Source: Fidelibacterota bacterium (GTDB lineage: Bacteria > Fidelibacterota > UBA2242). From it: a stretch of DNA of 46,945 nt. Positions 44,526 to 46,945 of the stretch are shown in pieces. Made by a program: the position numbers and the translations under genes. The notes below the pieces were generated by a model that was given only the letters and a program-made list of their open reading frames with translations, made no database searches and was not told where the DNA came from. Position 1 is the stretch's first letter. Each line of letters begins with the position of its first letter. The stretch covers positions 1 to 46,945 of the forward strand of contig JBNGDF010000019.1 of the NCBI GenBank assembly GCA_049975265.1. Reading direction: 5' to 3'.

Positions 44526-45605
44526 CTATTTAACATTGATCATTTTAGAATATAACGCCTCAATTAACGCCAAATTTTTACTCCGGTCAAATTTTTCTTC
44601 GACCAATTTTCGATTCTCAAGGCACTTTTTATGCAACTCATCTGAATTGCGCAAAACATCCTGCATACTGTTTGCTAAATCGTCCTCGGAATTCCAATTA
44701 TACAATTTTAATTGAAAACCTAAATCCGCCAGACTGCGGTTGGACTGATTGTCAGGCAAGATCGGATAGACACCCGTAGCGAAGGCTTCGAGCAGAGATA
44801 TTGACAGACCGTCAGTAGGCGAAGCGGTAACATAAAAGATTGCCTGTTCATAAAATGATCCAATTTTTGAATGGCTGATTTTGCCCCAAAAGGCAACCTG
44901 GTCGGTCATCGCTTTAGCAACAACCAAATTTTGAAGCTTGGCTCGTTCCGGTCCATCACCGATAATATCGAGTTTCGCCTCTGGATAATGAGCAGATAAT
45001 TTCGAGAAAGCCCTGATAATCAGATCGGTATGATATTGAGGTGTCAGCATCCTTGTACATAAAAATCTGGCTGGCTGTTTATTTTTATATGAATATTTAA
45101 AAAAACCAAGATCTATTCCATACTGAATAACCGTAATATTTTTTGCGTCGGCACCATAACGAACGGCTGTCTGATACATCTCTTCAGAGGGCAGGGTGAT
45201 ATGATCGGCTTTTCGCAGGGCTCGTTTTACAAAATATTTTTCGATTTTGGACCTTTTTGGATGAACCAGCAGATCGGAGCCGTGACAGGTCAGAATATGC
45301 GGGTGAAAACCGGTAAGACTCGCCAGGTATCCGTAGATATTCGCATAGTGAGAATGCAGGAGATCGGGTTGAATTTCGTTAATTAATCGCCGGATGGCGA
45401 TCGTTTTTCGAGTGATTTGATATATTGATGAAATAAAAGGAAAATGGAATCTACCCTCGTATTTTGGAATTGAATATTTTTTCAATCCCTCAATCGCAGC
45501 GGGATTATCGGAAATTATCGAGACTTCATGTCCTTTTCGGGCAAAGAACTGCGCCCATTCTATAATATGCAGGGAGGATGCGTCACTAAGAATGCAGAGT
45601 TTCAT
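44526..45605 (-). CDS. Glycosyltransferase family 4
   Basis: 'HSHYA..YG', 'HGSD', 'YGID', 'GDGPER', 'DGLSISLLEA'. Confidence 0.88.
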   Translation of the reverse strand: MKLCILSDASSLHIIEWAQFFARKGHEVSIISDNPAAIEGLKKYSIPKYEGRFHFPFISSIYQITRKTIAIRRLINEIQPDLLHSHYANIYGYLASLTGFHPHILTCHGSDLLVHPKRSKIEKYFVKRALRKADHITLPSEEMYQTAVRYGADAKNITVIQYGIDLGFFKYSYKNKQPARFLCTRMLTPQYHTDLIIRAFSKLSAHYPEAKLDIIGDGPERAKLQNLVVAKAMTDQVAFWGKISHSKIGSFYEQAIFYVTASPTDGLSISLLEAFATGVYPILPDNQSNRSLADLGFQLKLYNWNSEDDLANSMQDVLRNSDELHKKCLENRKLVEEKFDRSKNLALIEALYSKMINVK

Positions 45606-46828
45606 GCAATCCTGTTGAATAATTTGGCAAGTTCTCTTGTCTGGTTATAGCGTTTGAAATTTTCCAGAATCCTCATATTTTTTGGCTTCGGAAGTTTATT
45701 ATTTTGCCAATCATTATGCAATTTACTGAGAGTGCTTTGGATTTCGTTTATATTATTTGGATCGGCACAATAGCCCATGCCGGTCATCCGGACGATTTCC
45801 CGGAGTTCATCGTCAGGGACAATTGCCAAAATCGGCTTCTGGTACGATAAATACTCGAACACTTTGGATGGAACCGATGAGTATTTTCCCAATTGAAAAA
45901 CCAATAGTGCTGCTGCCTGTTTGAGGATTTTCGGTAGATCTTTTTTTGTCCGGAATGGTATGAATTCTGTAGTTACGGAGGAGTAGCTTTTTAATTCGCT
46001 GATAATATGTTGTTCAGCATTGCCAATGAATAGAAAATGGAAATTCAATTCCGGTGCTTTTCTTGCCAGCTCATCAAGCGCTTCATATAACATTTTAGGA
46101 TAATACTGCCCATACATAGAGCCGGTATAGGCGATTGTTAATCGCTTGTTTCCAGAGTAGCCGATTGGCGAGAGCTTTTCAAAACCATTGTAAATTACGT
46201 CAATTTTATTGGGTGAGAGGGTGGGATAACTTTTTAAAAAATCGCTTCTAAATGTTTTCGTAACTACAATGATTTTATCGGCTTTGGTTAAGATATTTTT
46301 TTCAATATCGGACTCTTTTTTTCCTCGATTTTTACTGATAAATGGATAGTGGGGTTGAAGTGTCCAGAGATCGCGGAATTCGCAAACCCAGGGAATTTGA
46401 AAACGTCGAGCGAGTCGGGACCCTATGATATGGGCACAAATTGTCGGAGATGTTGAAAATATCAAATCATATTTTTGCGTTTTCAATTCTCTTTTGCCTT
46501 TATAAAAAGCCCAAGGCACCCAACCCATTTTTTTATCGGGGATAATCCACTTGTTTTCTATCAGATCGTACAGTTTTCCCAGACCGATTTTTGATAACAA
46601 GACATGCAGAAACAATAAATTGAATTCCTTTGCGCGAATCACTTTTATATTTTTGGGAATTTGATCTAACAAAGAGTCATCTCTCGACCAACTTTGTGGA
46701 TATTTTACCGTTAATACGGTCGGAATCCAACCAAATTCCCAAAGATATTTCACAAAATTTAATGATCGAAATACTCCTCCCGTTGCTAATGGTGGGAAGT
46801 AGTAACTGACGAACAGGACACGTTTCAT
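45602..46828 (-). CDS. Glycosyltransferase family 4
   Basis: 'SYYFPP..GGV.R', 'PD..GW', 'EFRDLW', 'YNGF', 'YTGS', 'PSKVFEYL'. Confidence 0.88.
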   Translation of the reverse strand: MKRVLFVSYYFPPLATGGVFRSLNFVKYLWEFGWIPTVLTVKYPQSWSRDDSLLDQIPKNIKVIRAKEFNLLFLHVLLSKIGLGKLYDLIENKWIIPDKKMGWVPWAFYKGKRELKTQKYDLIFSTSPTICAHIIGSRLARRFQIPWVCEFRDLWTLQPHYPFISKNRGKKESDIEKNILTKADKIIVVTKTFRSDFLKSYPTLSPNKIDVIYNGFEKLSPIGYSGNKRLTIAYTGSMYGQYYPKMLYEALDELARKAPELNFHFLFIGNAEQHIISELKSYSSVTTEFIPFRTKKDLPKILKQAAALLVFQLGKYSSVPSKVFEYLSYQKPILAIVPDDELREIVRMTGMGYCADPNNINEIQSTLSKLHNDWQNNKLPKPKNMRILENFKRYNQTRELAKLFNRIA

Positions 46829-46871
46829 TTACTTGTTAAATAGGAAAAAAAGGTGAATATTAAAAGCAATT

Positions 46872-46945
46872 ATGAATGAATATTCTAATTTAAAAAATCA
46901 AATGGTGACAGGCTCTTTCTGGGTATTCGGGGCGAATATGATTTC
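46872..46945 (+). CDS. Partial CDS, probable Wzx-type flippase N-terminus (runs off the window)
   Basis: MNEYSNLKNQMVTGSFWVFGANMI..; the 'LK..G..W' start is typical of polysaccharide flippases; divergent from the GT4 gene. Confidence 0.5.
   Translation, partial: MNEYSNLKNQMVTGSFWVFGANMI

Noticed and set aside
1..46945. CRISPR arrays, prophage, integron, rRNA or anti-phage defence genes
   Set aside because: No regularly spaced repeats or hallmark genes were seen; mazG here is the housekeeping tandem-domain type.

Overview
Gene-dense bacterial chromosomal window, mostly on the minus strand. Two proteins have T9SS-type C-terminal sorting domains and YbeY is of the 'GYxD' type, which suggests an FCB-group bacterium (possibly Marinimicrobia/KSB1/Calditrichota-like; inference only). 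Left to right: a decayed IS481-like transposase; a + strand operon (PDZ/radical-SAM DUF512, der, secreted HEXXH metalloprotease, yigZ); an unannotated 6S RNA; a housekeeping run (mazG, ybeY, PgpH-like 7TM-HD, fabH, recJ, RNase P RNA, Zn-ribbon protein, tRNA-Val(CAC)); a tightly coupled operon nadC / NifS-SelD fusion / uncharacterised protein / thiamine pyrophosphokinase / sodium:solute symporter; an Rrf2-iscS-iscU operon with a palindromic operator; and a large surface-glycan locus (~29.6-46.9 kb). The best candidates for undescribed biology are: (1) the cysteine-desulfurase/selenophosphate-synthetase fusion operon; (2) a glycan module ending in a stand-alone ExeA-like ATPase and a metal-ligand-deficient HD-GYP protein, and containing a membrane-split PHP-like protein; (3) a 23-nt hairpin inserted into the normally invariant L13 loop of RNase P RNA. 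All calls come from reading motifs by eye; no searches were run.
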